Shown piece after piece: positions 1 to 12,287 of a stretch of 64,000 nucleotides of DNA. Location of the stretch: NCBI RefSeq assembly GCF_003019035.1, contig NZ_CP027447.1. The stretch is one strand, 5' to 3'. Under the pieces are notes generated by a model. That model did not search any database and had not been told where the DNA came from. It saw nothing but the letters and a program-made list of their open reading frames with translations. Numbering within the stretch: the stretch's first letter is position 1; the number at the start of each line of letters is the position of its first letter. The translations under genes and the position numbers were made by a program. This DNA is from Escherichia coli (GTDB lineage: Bacteria; Pseudomonadota; Gammaproteobacteria; Enterobacterales; Enterobacteriaceae).

Positions 1-1081
1 ACTTGTTCACCCATCAACTTCACCGGTGCCAAAAGCCGCTATCGAGAAATTCGGCGAAAAATGGACCCAGCCTGGTAATATCGTCACCAACGGTGCCTAT
101 ACCTTAAAAGATTGGGTCGTAAACGAACGAATCGTTCTTGAACGCAGCCCGACCTACTGGAACAACGCGAAAACCGTTATTAACCAGGTAACCTATTTGC
201 CTATTGCTTCTGAAGTTACCGATGTCAATCGCTACCGTAGTGGTGAAATCGACATGACTTATAACAACATGCCGATCGAATTGTTCCAGAAGCTGAAAAA
301 AGAGATCCCGGACGAAGTTCACGTTGATCCATACCTGTGCACTTATTATTACGAAATTAACAACCAGAAACCGCCATTCAACGATGTACGTGTGCGTACC
401 GCACTGAAACTGGGTATGGACCGCGATATCATTGTTAATAAAGTGAAAGCGCAGGGCGACATGCCAGCCTATGGTTACACTCCACCGTATACTGATGGCG
501 CAAAATTGACTCAGCCGGAATGGTTTGGCTGGAGCCAGGAAAAACGTAACGAAGAAGCGAAAAAACTGCTGGCTGAAGCGGGTTATACCGCAGACAAACC
601 GTTGACCATCAACCTGTTGTATAACACCTCCGATCTGCATAAAAAGCTGGCGATTGCTGCCTCTTCATTGTGGAAGAAAAACATTGGTGTAAACGTCAAA
701 CTGGTTAACCAGGAGTGGAAAACGTTCCTCGACACCCGTCACCAGGGCACTTTTGATGTGGCCCGCGCAGGCTGGTGTGCAGACTACAACGAACCAACTT
801 CCTTCCTGAACACCATGCTGTCGAACAGCTCGATGAATACCGCGCATTATAAGAGCCCGGCCTTTGACAGCATTATGGCGGAAACGCTGAAAGCGACTGA
901 CGAGGCGCAGCGCACAGCTCTGTACACTAAAGCAGAACAACAGCTGGATAAGGATTCGGCCATTGTTCCTGTTTATTACTACGTGAATGCGCGTTTGGTG
1001 AAACCGTGGGTTGGTGGCTATACCGGCAAAGATCCGCTGGATAATACCTACACCCGGAATATGTACATTGTGAAGCACTAA
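1..1081 (+). CDS. oppA: Periplasmic oligopeptide-binding protein OppA, C-terminal 351 codons (5' end upstream of window)
   Basis: Frame open from window edge to stop at 1079-1081; protein sequence and opp operon context recognised. Confidence 0.92.
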   Translation, partial: LVHPSTSPVPKAAIEKFGEKWTQPGNIVTNGAYTLKDWVVNERIVLERSPTYWNNAKTVINQVTYLPIASEVTDVNRYRSGEIDMTYNNMPIELFQKLKKEIPDEVHVDPYLCTYYYEINNQKPPFNDVRVRTALKLGMDRDIIVNKVKAQGDMPAYGYTPPYTDGAKLTQPEWFGWSQEKRNEEAKKLLAEAGYTADKPLTINLLYNTSDLHKKLAIAASSLWKKNIGVNVKLVNQEWKTFLDTRHQGTFDVARAGWCADYNEPTSFLNTMLSNSSMNTAHYKSPAFDSIMAETLKATDEAQRTALYTKAEQQLDKDSAIVPVYYYVNARLVKPWVGGYTGKDPLDNTYTRNMYIVKH

Positions 1082-1090
1082 TGGCAATAC

Positions 1091-1130
1091 GTGGGGCAGG
1101 CGTGTCCTGCTCCACGGTGTCTGATTTTTA
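1091..1130 (+). terminator. Intercistronic stem-loop (about 10 bp stem incl. one G-U) followed by T-rich tract between oppA and oppB; likely partial terminator/attenuator
   Basis: Stem gtggggcagg / cctgctccac read directly at 1091-1115, then gtctgattttta; oppA is known to be expressed above oppBCDF. Confidence 0.4.
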
Positions 1131-1166
1131 TCGCATTACAGAAGGCACAGGCCAGAAGGTAGGGCA

Positions 1167-2087
1167 ATGTTAAAATTTATTCTACGTCGCTGTCTGGAAG
1201 CGATTCCGACGCTATTTATTCTTATTACTATTTCGTTCTTTATGATGCGCCTCGCTCCGGGCAGTCCTTTTACCGGCGAACGTACTTTACCACCGGAAGT
1301 GATGGCCAATATCGAAGCGAAATATCATCTAAATGATCCGATCATGACACAGTATTTCAGCTACCTGAAACAACTGGCGCATGGCGATTTCGGTCCATCG
1401 TTTAAATATAAAGATTATTCGGTCAATGACCTGGTTGCATCCAGTTTTCCCGTTTCTGCCAAACTGGGAGCCGCAGCATTTTTTCTTGCGGTAATACTGG
1501 GTGTTAGTGCTGGCGTTATTGCCGCATTAAAGCAAAACACCAAATGGGACTATACCGTGATGGGGCTGGCAATGACCGGGGTTGTTATCCCCAGTTTTGT
1601 GGTTGCGCCATTATTAGTCATGATATTTGCGATCATTTTGCATTGGCTGCCGGGCGGTGGCTGGAATGGTGGAGCGCTTAAATTCATGATATTGCCAATG
1701 GTGGCGTTATCACTCGCCTATATCGCCAGTATTGCGCGTATTACCCGTGGCTCTATGATTGAGGTTTTACACTCCAACTTTATTCGTACTGCCCGGGCGA
1801 AAGGGTTACCTATGCGGCGGATCATTTTACGCCACGCATTAAAACCTGCTCTGTTACCCGTGCTCTCCTATATGGGCCCTGCATTTGTCGGCATTATTAC
1901 CGGTTCTATGGTCATCGAAACCATTTATGGTTTGCCGGGGATTGGGCAATTGTTCGTTAATGGTGCATTGAACCGTGACTATTCCTTAGTGTTAAGCCTG
2001 ACCATCCTGGTTGGTGCTTTAACCATTTTGTTTAATGCCATTGTCGATGTGCTATATGCGGTTATCGACCCGAAAATCCGTTACTGA
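1167..2087 (+). CDS. oppB: Oligopeptide ABC transporter permease OppB
   Basis: ORF track 306 aa; hydrophobic permease; ATG at 1167 preceded by purine-rich RBS; operon position. Confidence 0.93.
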   Translation: MLKFILRRCLEAIPTLFILITISFFMMRLAPGSPFTGERTLPPEVMANIEAKYHLNDPIMTQYFSYLKQLAHGDFGPSFKYKDYSVNDLVASSFPVSAKLGAAAFFLAVILGVSAGVIAALKQNTKWDYTVMGLAMTGVVIPSFVVAPLLVMIFAIILHWLPGGGWNGGALKFMILPMVALSLAYIASIARITRGSMIEVLHSNFIRTARAKGLPMRRIILRHALKPALLPVLSYMGPAFVGIITGSMVIETIYGLPGIGQLFVNGALNRDYSLVLSLTILVGALTILFNAIVDVLYAVIDPKIRY

Positions 2088-2101
2088 TACTGGAGCTCGC
2101 G

Positions 2102-3010
2102 ATGATGTTAAGTAAGAAAAACAGCGAGACGCTGGAAAATTTCAGTGAAAAGCTGGAGGTCGAAGGGCGCAGCTTGTGGCAGGACGCACGTCGACGTTTT
2201 ATGCATAACCGTGCGGCGGTTGCCAGTCTGATAGTGCTGGTGCTGATCGCGTTATTTGTCATCCTGGCACCGATGCTTTCGCAGTTTGCCTATGACGATA
2301 CTGACTGGGCGATGATGTCCAGCGCCCCGGATATGGAGTCCGGTCACTACTTTGGTACTGACTCATCTGGTCGCGACCTGCTTGTGCGCGTTGCGATTGG
2401 CGGGCGTATCTCACTCATGGTCGGTGTTGCTGCGGCACTGGTGGCAGTGGTCGTGGGGACACTTTATGGTTCGCTTTCCGGTTATCTGGGCGGTAAAGTG
2501 GATTCGGTAATGATGCGTCTGCTGGAAATCCTCAACTCCTTCCCATTCATGTTCTTCGTCATTTTGCTGGTGACCTTTTTCGGTCAAAACATCCTGCTGA
2601 TTTTCGTGGCGATTGGCATGGTTTCCTGGCTGGATATGGCTCGTATTGTGCGTGGGCAAACCCTGAGTCTGAAGCGCAAAGAGTTTATTGAGGCGGCACA
2701 AGTTGGCGGTGTATCGACGCCGGGCATTGTTATTCGCCACATTGTGCCGAACGTACTCGGTGTGGTGGTGGTCTACGCATCGCTTCTGGTGCCCAGCATG
2801 ATCCTCTTTGAATCTTTCCTTAGCTTCCTGGGGTTGGGGACGCAAGAGCCGTTAAGCAGCTGGGGCGCATTGCTGAGTGATGGCGCGAACTCGATGGAAG
2901 TCTCTCCATGGTTACTGTTGTTCCCAGCGGGATTCCTCGTGGTGACGCTATTTTGTTTCAACTTTATCGGCGATGGCTTGCGTGATGCCCTCGACCCGAA
3001 AGATCGTTAA
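2102..3010 (+). CDS. oppC: Oligopeptide ABC transporter permease OppC
   Basis: ORF track 302 aa; permease sequence; operon position. Confidence 0.93.
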   Translation: MMLSKKNSETLENFSEKLEVEGRSLWQDARRRFMHNRAAVASLIVLVLIALFVILAPMLSQFAYDDTDWAMMSSAPDMESGHYFGTDSSGRDLLVRVAIGGRISLMVGVAAALVAVVVGTLYGSLSGYLGGKVDSVMMRLLEILNSFPFMFFVILLVTFFGQNILLIFVAIGMVSWLDMARIVRGQTLSLKRKEFIEAAQVGGVSTPGIVIRHIVPNVLGVVVVYASLLVPSMILFESFLSFLGLGTQEPLSSWGALLSDGANSMEVSPWLLLFPAGFLVVTLFCFNFIGDGLRDALDPKDR

Positions 3011-3021
3011 GGAGTGCAGCC

Positions 3022-4035
3022 ATGAGCGTAATTGAAACTGCAACTGTGCCGCTCGCACAACAACAGGCTGACGCACTGCTGAACGTGAAAGATTTGCGTG
3101 TCACCTTTAGTACCCCGGACGGCGACGTCACGGCGGTCAATGATTTGAATTTTTCCCTACGTGCCGGAGAAACGCTGGGCATCGTAGGTGAGTCTGGTTC
3201 GGGCAAATCGCAAACCGCATTTGCGTTGATGGGCCTGTTGGCTGCCAACGGACGTATTGGCGGATCGGCAACCTTCAATGGGCGTGAAATCCTCAATTTG
3301 CCAGAGCGTGAACTCAATAAACTGCGAGCTGAACAAATCTCAATGATTTTTCAGGACCCAATGACTTCGTTGAATCCCTATATGCGCGTCGGTGAGCAGT
3401 TGATGGAAGTGCTGATGCTGCATAAGAACATGAGCAAAGCTGAGGCGTTTGAAGAGTCGGTGCGGATGCTCGATGCGGTAAAAATGCCGGAAGCGCGTAA
3501 ACGCATGAAAATGTATCCGCACGAATTTTCTGGCGGCATGCGTCAGCGAGTCATGATTGCGATGGCATTGCTATGTCGACCTAAGCTGCTGATTGCGGAT
3601 GAACCCACTACTGCGCTGGACGTCACCGTACAGGCGCAGATCATGACGCTATTGAATGAACTGAAGCGGGAATTTAATACCGCCATCATTATGATCACCC
3701 ACGATCTTGGCGTGGTGGCGGGGATCTGCGACAAAGTGCTGGTAATGTACGCCGGGCGCACGATGGAATATGGCAACGCGCGCGATGTCTTTTATCAACC
3801 CGTTCATCCTTATTCTATCGGTTTGCTCAACGCGGTGCCGCGTCTCGATGCGGAAGGTGAAACAATGTTGACCATCCCTGGTAATCCGCCAAACCTGCTG
3901 CGATTACCGAAAGGTTGCCCGTTCCAGCCACGTTGTCCGCATGCGATGGAAATTTGTAGTAGCGCACCGCCGCTGGAAGAGTTTACGCCTGGCCGTCTGC
4001 GTGCTTGCTTTAAACCGGTGGAGGAACTGTTATGA
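3022..4035 (+). CDS. oppD: Oligopeptide ABC transporter ATP-binding protein OppD
   Basis: ORF track 337 aa; Walker [12 protein letters not shown] signature LSGG-like FSGGMRQR. Confidence 0.93.
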   Translation: MSVIETATVPLAQQQADALLNVKDLRVTFSTPDGDVTAVNDLNFSLRAGETLGIVGESGSGKSQTAFALMGLLAANGRIGGSATFNGREILNLPERELNKLRAEQISMIFQDPMTSLNPYMRVGEQLMEVLMLHKNMSKAEAFEESVRMLDAVKMPEARKRMKMYPHEFSGGMRQRVMIAMALLCRPKLLIADEPTTALDVTVQAQIMTLLNELKREFNTAIIMITHDLGVVAGICDKVLVMYAGRTMEYGNARDVFYQPVHPYSIGLLNAVPRLDAEGETMLTIPGNPPNLLRLPKGCPFQPRCPHAMEICSSAPPLEEFTPGRLRACFKPVEELL

Positions 4036-5036
4036 ATGCTGTAACCGAAGGAAGAAAAGTCCTCCTCGAAATCGCCGATCTGAAAGTGCACTTTGAAATC
4101 AAAGATGGCAAACAGTGGTTCTGGCAACCACCGAAAACGCTCAAAGCCGTCGATGGTGTCACTCTTCGCCTGTATGAAGGGGAAACATTAGGTGTGGTAG
4201 GGGAATCGGGATGCGGTAAGTCCACCTTTGCTCGCGCCATCATCGGTTTGGTCAAGGCGACCGACGGTCATGTTGCATGGTTAGGTAAAGAGTTGCTGGG
4301 CATGAAGCCCGATGAATGGCGTGCCGTTCGCAGTGATATTCAGATGATTTTCCAGGATCCGTTGGCATCGCTAAACCCGCGTATGACCATCGGCGAGATT
4401 ATCGCTGAACCGCTGCGTACTTATCATCCGAAAATGTCACGCCAGGAAGTTCGCGAGCGCGTGAAAGCGATGATGCTGAAAGTCGGGTTATTGCCTAACC
4501 TGATTAACCGCTATCCGCATGAGTTCTCTGGTGGGCAGTGCCAGCGTATCGGGATTGCTCGTGCTCTTATTCTTGAACCGAAGCTGATTATCTGTGATGA
4601 GCCGGTGTCGGCGCTGGACGTGTCAATTCAGGCGCAGGTGGTCAACCTGCTCCAGCAGCTGCAACGCGAGATGGGATTGTCATTAATTTTTATCGCTCAC
4701 GACCTGGCCGTGGTAAAACACATTTCCGATCGTGTGCTGGTGATGTATCTCGGCCATGCGGTAGAACTGGGGACCTATGATGAGGTCTACCACAATCCAC
4801 TACATCCTTACACCAGGGCATTGATGTCGGCAGTCCCCATACCTGATCCGGATCTGGAGAAGAACAAAACCATCCAGTTACTGGAAGGGGAATTACCGTC
4901 GCCGATCAACCCGCCTTCCGGTTGTGTTTTCCGTACCCGTTGCCCGATTGCCGGTCCGGAGTGCGCCAAAACACGTCCTGTTCTGGAGGGGAGTTTCAGA
5001 CACGCCGTTTCTTGCCTGAAAGTCGATCCGCTTTAA
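4032..5036 (+). CDS. oppF: Oligopeptide ABC transporter ATP-binding protein OppF
   Basis: ORF track 334 aa; Walker A GESGCGKS; 4-nt overlap with oppD (translational coupling). Confidence 0.93.
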   Translation: MNAVTEGRKVLLEIADLKVHFEIKDGKQWFWQPPKTLKAVDGVTLRLYEGETLGVVGESGCGKSTFARAIIGLVKATDGHVAWLGKELLGMKPDEWRAVRSDIQMIFQDPLASLNPRMTIGEIIAEPLRTYHPKMSRQEVRERVKAMMLKVGLLPNLINRYPHEFSGGQCQRIGIARALILEPKLIICDEPVSALDVSIQAQVVNLLQQLQREMGLSLIFIAHDLAVVKHISDRVLVMYLGHAVELGTYDEVYHNPLHPYTRALMSAVPIPDPDLEKNKTIQLLEGELPSPINPPSGCVFRTRCPIAGPECAKTRPVLEGSFRHAVSCLKVDPL

Positions 5037-5043
5037 ACACAAT

Positions 5044-5070
5044 AAGGGCTGACAGTTGTCAGCCCTTTTT
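5044..5070. terminator. Rho-independent terminator hairpin between convergent oppF and yciU
   Basis: aagggctgac / gtcagccctt inverted repeat followed by ttttt, read directly. Confidence 0.75.
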
Positions 5071-5088
5071 CACGCCGAAAGCGATTAT

Positions 5089-6913
<1,825 letters not shown>

Positions 6914-7055
6914 AGATTAGAAATCCTTTTGAAAGCGCATTGTTATGAGTTTACGCATATGGATTCATCTGGCAAATAAAAACGTGGGAAAAGCACTGGT
7001 CAGCGTCAGGGGCGGGGGTATAATGACCATTCTGTTGTTGCATAGAGTAGTTAAC

Positions 7056-7229
7056 ATGAAGCGGAGTAGAACGGAAGTGGGGCGCTGGCGCATGCAGCGT
7101 CAGGCTAGCCGACGTAAATCGCGTTGGCTTGAGGGGCAGTCGCGCCGAAATATGCGTATCCACAGCATCAGGAAGTGCATTCTAAACAAACAGCGTAACT
7201 CGTTATTGTTTGCGATCTACAATATCTAA
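7056..7229 (+). CDS. yciY: Small basic protein YciY (57 aa), internal start of ORF-track 6945..7229
   Basis: ATG at 7056; Arg/Lys-rich 57-aa product between cls and kch as recalled for K-12. Confidence 0.5.
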   Translation: MKRSRTEVGRWRMQRQASRRKSRWLEGQSRRNMRIHSIRKCILNKQRNSLLFAIYNI

Positions 7230-7283
7230 ATGTACTGGGCACCATTGCGGTGCCCAATAAGTTTACTTTTCCGTCTTTAAACT

Positions 7284-8537
7284 CTATTTTTGCGCCGATT
7301 CTTTACTTTCAGCTTTCGTTTCTTGTTCATCGTTATCGCTGAAAATGCCATGACCGGAGTTCAACAACATTGAAACGAGCATATCATTATTAATCTCTTC
7401 ACCATTTAAAACTCGCGCCAGAATTTCGCTGCCAAACAGTTGTGGTGAGAGAATAATATCCGGATGTACCATCTTAATCTTATTCAGGTTTTTGCTATCA
7501 CTGACGGCGAGAACTGTTTTGACATCACTGCTCATATCTTTTGCTGAGAGTACAACAAACGCGTTATCTGCATCGTTATCACTCAGCGCCAGAATGGCCC
7601 GGCAACGATCGATTCCCGCTTTCTTTAACACTGAACTGTCATTACTGTCACCGGGGATAACATCGGCGTTATCGCCTAAGCGTTGCTCAAGTTGCTTGAT
7701 ATCATCTTCAGGCAAGTTGCTGATAACCGTTACGTTTTGTCCGCGTTGATTCAGTTGCAGAATCGTATTGATGGCGAGAATCGAATGTCCGCAAACAATA
7801 AAATGATCTTTACGATGCATTGTATGATTGTTTCCTTTTACAAGTTTGTTGAATCCCCCGCGGATAAGCGGACCAAAAATTGAGGTCATAGAGGTGGCAA
7901 AAACGGTAATGCCGGAAATAATGACCGAAATAGTGAACAATCGTGCTGATTCAGAAACAGGGACAATATCGCCATAGCCGACGGTTGACATGGTTTCTAT
8001 CGAAAAATAGAACGCGGTCATCAAACTTTCTATTCGCGGATTAAAACCTTCGCTTAAATAAAGCGCACCGTAGGTGGAGTAAAACAGTAACGTCGTGAAA
8101 CTAATAAATGCGAAAATTGTCCCGGCTGCGGCGCTACTGTGGGAGAAGTCTTTGCGCAGTATCAGCAAAAACACCAGCGTAAAAATGCAAAATCCAATAC
8201 TAAATTTCAGCCAGGGATAAAAATGCAGAGTGTAAATTAGCGCTATCAACAACAAAATGATACTGATTGCCCATGCGAGCTTTGCCCGGAACAGTAAGCC
8301 AATGGAGTTCAGGACAAGAAATACGCCGAGCATAAATAGTGGGGCGTTTGCCAGCAAGGAGAGATCCAGCTCTGAAAATGCTTTGATATGGAAAATATCA
8401 AGCAAATTGACTGACATACCATAGATTGTTTTAAAAATAAGCAATCCATTTAAAAAGACGGCCAGCGCGAGAATGTCGTGCCGTAGGGTCACCCATAACT
8501 TTGTTGCTGTTTGTTTGAATGTAGTCCAGTGACTCAC
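7284..8537 (-). CDS. kch: Voltage-gated potassium channel Kch (GTG start, 417 aa)
   Basis: ORF track 7284..8555; K+ selectivity filter TVGYGD present; start set to VSHW... GTG matching K-12 length. Confidence 0.85.
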   Translation of the reverse strand: MSHWTTFKQTATKLWVTLRHDILALAVFLNGLLIFKTIYGMSVNLLDIFHIKAFSELDLSLLANAPLFMLGVFLVLNSIGLLFRAKLAWAISIILLLIALIYTLHFYPWLKFSIGFCIFTLVFLLILRKDFSHSSAAAGTIFAFISFTTLLFYSTYGALYLSEGFNPRIESLMTAFYFSIETMSTVGYGDIVPVSESARLFTISVIISGITVFATSMTSIFGPLIRGGFNKLVKGNNHTMHRKDHFIVCGHSILAINTILQLNQRGQNVTVISNLPEDDIKQLEQRLGDNADVIPGDSNDSSVLKKAGIDRCRAILALSDNDADNAFVVLSAKDMSSDVKTVLAVSDSKNLNKIKMVHPDIILSPQLFGSEILARVLNGEEINNDMLVSMLLNSGHGIFSDNDEQETKAESKESAQK

Positions 8538-8836
8538 TGATACCTCTGTAACCACAATTTTGTTTAATTATCTCAACGTGCACATTTTCTGAACATACAT
8601 GCAGCGCGTGAATGTGTTAAACAATAGTAGATGACTTTATCCGCAGTAATCAAAGGTTTTGAGTGAGCAACTCTGCGTCAGGAAAGGGCATTTTCCTGAA
8701 TATGTTCACATCATATAAAGAAATACAGATAAAGTTATTATCTGCTTGTGGTGGTGAATGCACTGACCGACCTATAAGGAAAGGCCAAACAAGAACACGG
8801 TTGCAAAAACCGTGCCCTTAAATATTGAATTTCTAT

Positions 8837-9133
8837 TCAGAACACTTTCTTAAATGGTTTCACTGAAACGTGTTCATAGACTCCTGCCGCTACGTACGGG
8901 TCAGCATCGGCCCAGGCCTGAGCTGCTTCCAGCGACTCAAATTCAGCAATAACGGTTGAGCCAGTAAATCCCGCAGCCCCTGGATCGTTACTGTCTACCG
9001 CTGGCATTGGACCGGCGGTCAACAAACGACCTTCATCATGCAGTAACTGTAAACGTGCTAAATGTGCCGGACGAACGGAAAGGCGTTTTTCGAGGCTATC
9101 AGCTTTGTCTTGAGCGTAAATAACATACAACAC
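8837..9133 (-). CDS. yciI: YciI-like protein (98 aa, likely GTG start)
   Basis: ORF track 8837..9229; internal GTG preceded by AAGGAG RBS gives the 98-aa product. Confidence 0.75.
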
Positions 9134-9290
9134 AGGCACAACTCCTTGTTCGGGAAAGTTGTAAAGTACGTTATTTGAAAGGGCGAAGATCTGCAACGGA
9201 AAGATGATGTCTTTGTTAAGACCATGCATAAAGTAAGGTCAATTACGCCAAAAATGACATTTTCACTGATCCTGATCGTCTTGCCTTATT

Positions 9291-9309
9291 GAATATGATT
9301 GCTATTTGC
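9291..9309 (+). promoter_or_regulatory. Candidate Fur box overlapping the tonB promoter
   Basis: gaatatgattgctatttgc about 50-65 nt upstream of tonB ATG, partial match to Fur consensus GATAATGATAATCATTATC; tonB is a known Fur target. Confidence 0.45.
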
Positions 9310-9356
9310 ATTTAAAATCGGGGCCTGGTTTTTCTACTGAAATGATTATGACTTCA

Positions 9357-10076
9357 ATGACCCTTGATTTACCTCGCCGCTTCCCCTGGCCGACGTTACT
9401 TTCGGTCTGCATTCATGGTGTTGTTGTGGCGGGTTTGCTCTATACCTCGGTACATCAGGTTATTGAACTACCTGCGCCCGCGCAGCCGATTTCTGTCACG
9501 ATGGTTGCGCCAGCGGATCTCGAACCGCCACAAGCCGTTCAACCACCACCGGAGCCGGTGGTAGAGCCAGAACCGGAACCTGAGCCGATCCCCGAACCGC
9601 CAAAAGAAGCACCGGTGGTCATTGAAAAGCCGAAGCCGAAACCTAAGCCAAAACCGAAGCCGGTGAAAAAGGTACAGGAGCAGCCAAAACGCGATGTCAA
9701 ACCCGTAGAGTCGCGTCCGGCATCACCGTTTGAAAATACGGCACCCGCGCGCCCGACATCAAGTACGGCAACGGCTGCAACCAGCAAGCCGGTTACCAGT
9801 GTGGCTTCAGGACCACGCGCATTAAGCCGTAATCAGCCGCAGTATCCGGCACGAGCACAGGCATTGCGCATTGAAGGGCAGGTTAAAGTTAAATTTGATG
9901 TCACGCCAGATGGTCGCGTGGATAACGTACAAATCCTCTCAGCCAAGCCTGCAAACATGTTTGAGCGTGAGGTGAAAAATGCGATGCGCAGATGGCGTTA
10001 TGAGCCGGGTAAGCCAGGCAGTGGGATTGTGGTGAATATCCTGTTTAAAATTAACGGCACCACCGAAATTCAGTAA
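9357..10076 (+). CDS. tonB: TonB energy transducer (239 aa)
   Basis: ORF track 9306..10076 (TTG-initiated extension); ATG at 9357 gives [12 protein letters not shown]...; EP/KP proline-rich repeats present. Confidence 0.92.
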   Translation: MTLDLPRRFPWPTLLSVCIHGVVVAGLLYTSVHQVIELPAPAQPISVTMVAPADLEPPQAVQPPPEPVVEPEPEPEPIPEPPKEAPVVIEKPKPKPKPKPKPVKKVQEQPKRDVKPVESRPASPFENTAPARPTSSTATAATSKPVTSVASGPRALSRNQPQYPARAQALRIEGQVKVKFDVTPDGRVDNVQILSAKPANMFEREVKNAMRRWRYEPGKPGSGIVVNILFKINGTTEIQ

Positions 10077-10086
10077 ACAGAAAGTC

Positions 10087-10110
10087 AAAAGCCTCCGACC
10101 GGAGGCTTTT
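10087..10110. terminator. Bidirectional rho-independent terminator between tonB and yciA
   Basis: Perfect inverted repeat aaaagcctccg / cggaggctttt with A-run on one side and T-run on the other, read directly. Confidence 0.85.
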
Positions 10111-10115
10111 GATTA

Positions 10116-10514
10116 TTACTCAACAGGTAAGGCGCGAGGTTTTCCTTCGGGATCAACCGCGACATACTTAAATAATGCTTCTGTTGCTTTATAGCGTTGC
10201 CCGATGGGTTCAGACGCCACTTTTTTCACCCACACTTCAATATTAATGCTGACTGATGTCGTCCCTTTCTGGACACAGCGTGCATAGCAGCACACCACAT
10301 CGCCGACCGCAACCGGCCGTAAGAAAGTCATTCCTTCAACCCGCACGGTCACTACACGACCGTGGGCAATTTCTTTCGCCAGAATAGCGCCGCCAATATC
10401 CATTTGTGACATTAACCAACCACCAAAGATGTCACCATTGGCATTGGTATCGGCGGGCATGGCTAAAGTACGTAAAACAAGATCGCCCTGAGGGACGTTA
10501 TGTGTTGTAGACAT
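10116..10514 (-). CDS. yciA: Acyl-CoA thioesterase YciA
   Basis: ORF track 132 aa; hotdog-fold thioesterase sequence recognised. Confidence 0.9.
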   Translation of the reverse strand: MSTTHNVPQGDLVLRTLAMPADTNANGDIFGGWLMSQMDIGGAILAKEIAHGRVVTVRVEGMTFLRPVAVGDVVCCYARCVQKGTTSVSINIEVWVKKVASEPIGQRYKATEALFKYVAVDPEGKPRALPVE

Positions 10515-10618
10515 GGTAAAACCGACTTAAAAGGAAAATCACAGGCGCGATGCTACTATGATTTTCCTGAGGAGAACAGAGGAGATACAGCGCCAGCCCC
10601 GAAGGACTGGCAGTCTGG

Positions 10619-11158
10619 TTAGGATTTATCTTCCTGCGGCATGTGGCGGTAGATATAGATACCGCTTAACAATGTGAAGATTAAGGTAAGGGCGGTCAGG
10701 CCAAAGACTTTAAAGTTGACCCAAATATTTTGCGGCAGCCAGAATGCGATGTAGATGTTTGCCAGACCGCAAAGGATAAAGAAAACAGCCCAGGCCAGAT
10801 TCAGCTTCGACCATACCGGTTGCGGCAGGGTGAGTTCTTTACCCAGCATCCGCTGAATTAGCGGCTTTTTCATCACCCATTGGCTGACTAACAGGGCACC
10901 TGCAAACAGGGCATAAATGACAGTAACCTTCCATTTAATAAACTCATCATTGTGGAAGAACAGGGTCAAGCCACCGAAGACGACCACCAGAACAAAAGTG
11001 ATCAGGGCCATCTTCTCAACCTTACGAAAGCGAACCCAGCTATATATAAGCACAATCGCCGTGGCGACGATCAGCGCCGCAGTAGCCGCATAGATGTCAT
11101 AAATCTTGTAAAACGCGAAAAAGACAACCAGCGGTAAAAAATCAAGAAACTGCTTCAT
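10619..11158 (-). CDS. yciB: Inner membrane protein YciB (intracellular septation protein A family)
   Basis: ORF track 179 aa; multi-TM hydrophobic protein; conserved position. Confidence 0.9.
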   Translation of the reverse strand: MKQFLDFLPLVVFFAFYKIYDIYAATAALIVATAIVLIYSWVRFRKVEKMALITFVLVVVFGGLTLFFHNDEFIKWKVTVIYALFAGALLVSQWVMKKPLIQRMLGKELTLPQPVWSKLNLAWAVFFILCGLANIYIAFWLPQNIWVNFKVFGLTALTLIFTLLSGIYIYRHMPQEDKS

Positions 11159-11187
11159 TTTACGATTCCGTAATCAAATGCTTAAGG

Positions 11188-11931
11188 TTATTGGCGAATC
11201 AACATATACAGGCGGAACAGATAGATGAGCAGTACGGCTGAAATCAGGTTGCTCAAGGTGTTCGCCAGTACGGCACCAATTTCCGGGGTTAATGCGGCAA
11301 AAGAAGAGGCAAAAAGCAGCAACAGTGTTTTTGCCAGCAACCAGCTCAGTACTGCGGGTGCCACCAGACGCATATTCGCCCAAGTCAGCCGCATACTGCT
11401 ACGCATCGAGGCAAAAACGCCCATTTTGTCCTGTACCAACATCACCGGTGCCAGGGCCAGTAAAATGGCCATGATAATTCCCGGAACGACCACCAGCATG
11501 ATGCCAATCTGTACTAAAAGGGTAGTCAGAAAAATCAGAATAAATAACTTTGGCAATATCGGCGCACTGGCACCAATAGCTCGAAGCGCACTGACTCTCT
11601 GACCCGCAGACACCAGCTGGATAATTAATATTACGCCTCCGGCGAGAATGGCGTTACCGATTAATCCTGAAAAAGTGGACGCCGCTGAAGCCTGCAGCAA
11701 AATTTGTTGCTGTTCAGGTGACATATTCTGAACCAGGTCGAACAACCCACTACTGCCGCTAACGGGCACGCCGTCATTGAGCTGCGCAAGCTGTGCATCA
11801 CTGGGTGAGAAAACATGCCCTAACACCACTGTGATAAACGCACATAGCAACGATACCAACAGAATGGTCATAAATTGATTACGGAAGAAATTTCCGGTGT
11901 CACGGTATACGGACTGCGCCGTGATAGACAT
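11188..11931 (-). CDS. yciC: UPF0259 inner membrane protein YciC
   Basis: ORF track 247 aa; multi-TM; conserved position. Confidence 0.88.
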   Translation of the reverse strand: MSITAQSVYRDTGNFFRNQFMTILLVSLLCAFITVVLGHVFSPSDAQLAQLNDGVPVSGSSGLFDLVQNMSPEQQQILLQASAASTFSGLIGNAILAGGVILIIQLVSAGQRVSALRAIGASAPILPKLFILIFLTTLLVQIGIMLVVVPGIIMAILLALAPVMLVQDKMGVFASMRSSMRLTWANMRLVAPAVLSWLLAKTLLLLFASSFAALTPEIGAVLANTLSNLISAVLLIYLFRLYMLIRQ

Positions 11932-12125
11932 GCACTCTCCTTGAGTTTTATGCAGGTGTTAATTAGCGGGCAATTGTACCCTGGTTAAGCCTCGGGTGGC
12001 AGCATCAGGTCTTGTATGGAAAAGCATATCTTTGTAAAGCGGAGGTAATAGCTGGCCTTCAGGCGTGGGCAAACCGCGGCAAGTGGCGAGCGAGTTAATA
12101 TTTGCGTAGCGAAAATATTTAAAAA

Positions 12126-12139
12126 TTGATTTAAATCAC
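12126..12139 (+). promoter_or_regulatory. Candidate FNR binding site upstream of ompW
   Basis: TTGAT-TTAA-ATCAC matches FNR consensus TTGAT-N4-ATCAA in 9/10 positions; ompW is a known FNR-activated gene. Confidence 0.55.
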
Positions 12140-12287
12140 ATTAACCAGGATTCTCAATGCAACTTCTAAATTAATCCAGATCAATAAAGGGTGAATTACC
12201 ATATGTAATGTGATCTGTGTAGGATCATTTGTTACCCCAATGTGGGTATATTCGTCACGTTTTTATAACCATAACGACGGAGCGGAT

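Noticed and set aside
6945..7055. Upstream 37 codons of the 94-aa ORF between cls and kch
   Set aside because: Only the downstream 57-codon segment matches the basic small protein expected here (yciY); the upstream part overlaps the cls promoter region and was not called.
8678..8699. 8-bp inverted repeat tcaggaaa-N6-tttcctga in the kch-yciI intergenic region
   Set aside because: Short, no adjacent U-tract on either strand and no obvious partner regulator; could be a binding site but the evidence is too weak to call.
9306..9356. 5' extensions of ORF-track calls (tonB, ompW 12210, topA 30691, ribA, yciU, yciW, yciO, yciG, yciZ, TetR 51086, MFP 51867)
   Set aside because: The track opens at the first in-frame ATG/GTG/TTG; internal starts with an RBS match the known protein N-termini and signal peptides, so the extensions were trimmed.
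9539..9787. Repetitive DNA and Gly/Ser-rich antisense ORF inside tonB
   Set aside because: This is the coding sequence for TonB's proline-rich EP/KP repeat spacer read on the opposite strand; not a CRISPR array or an independent gene.
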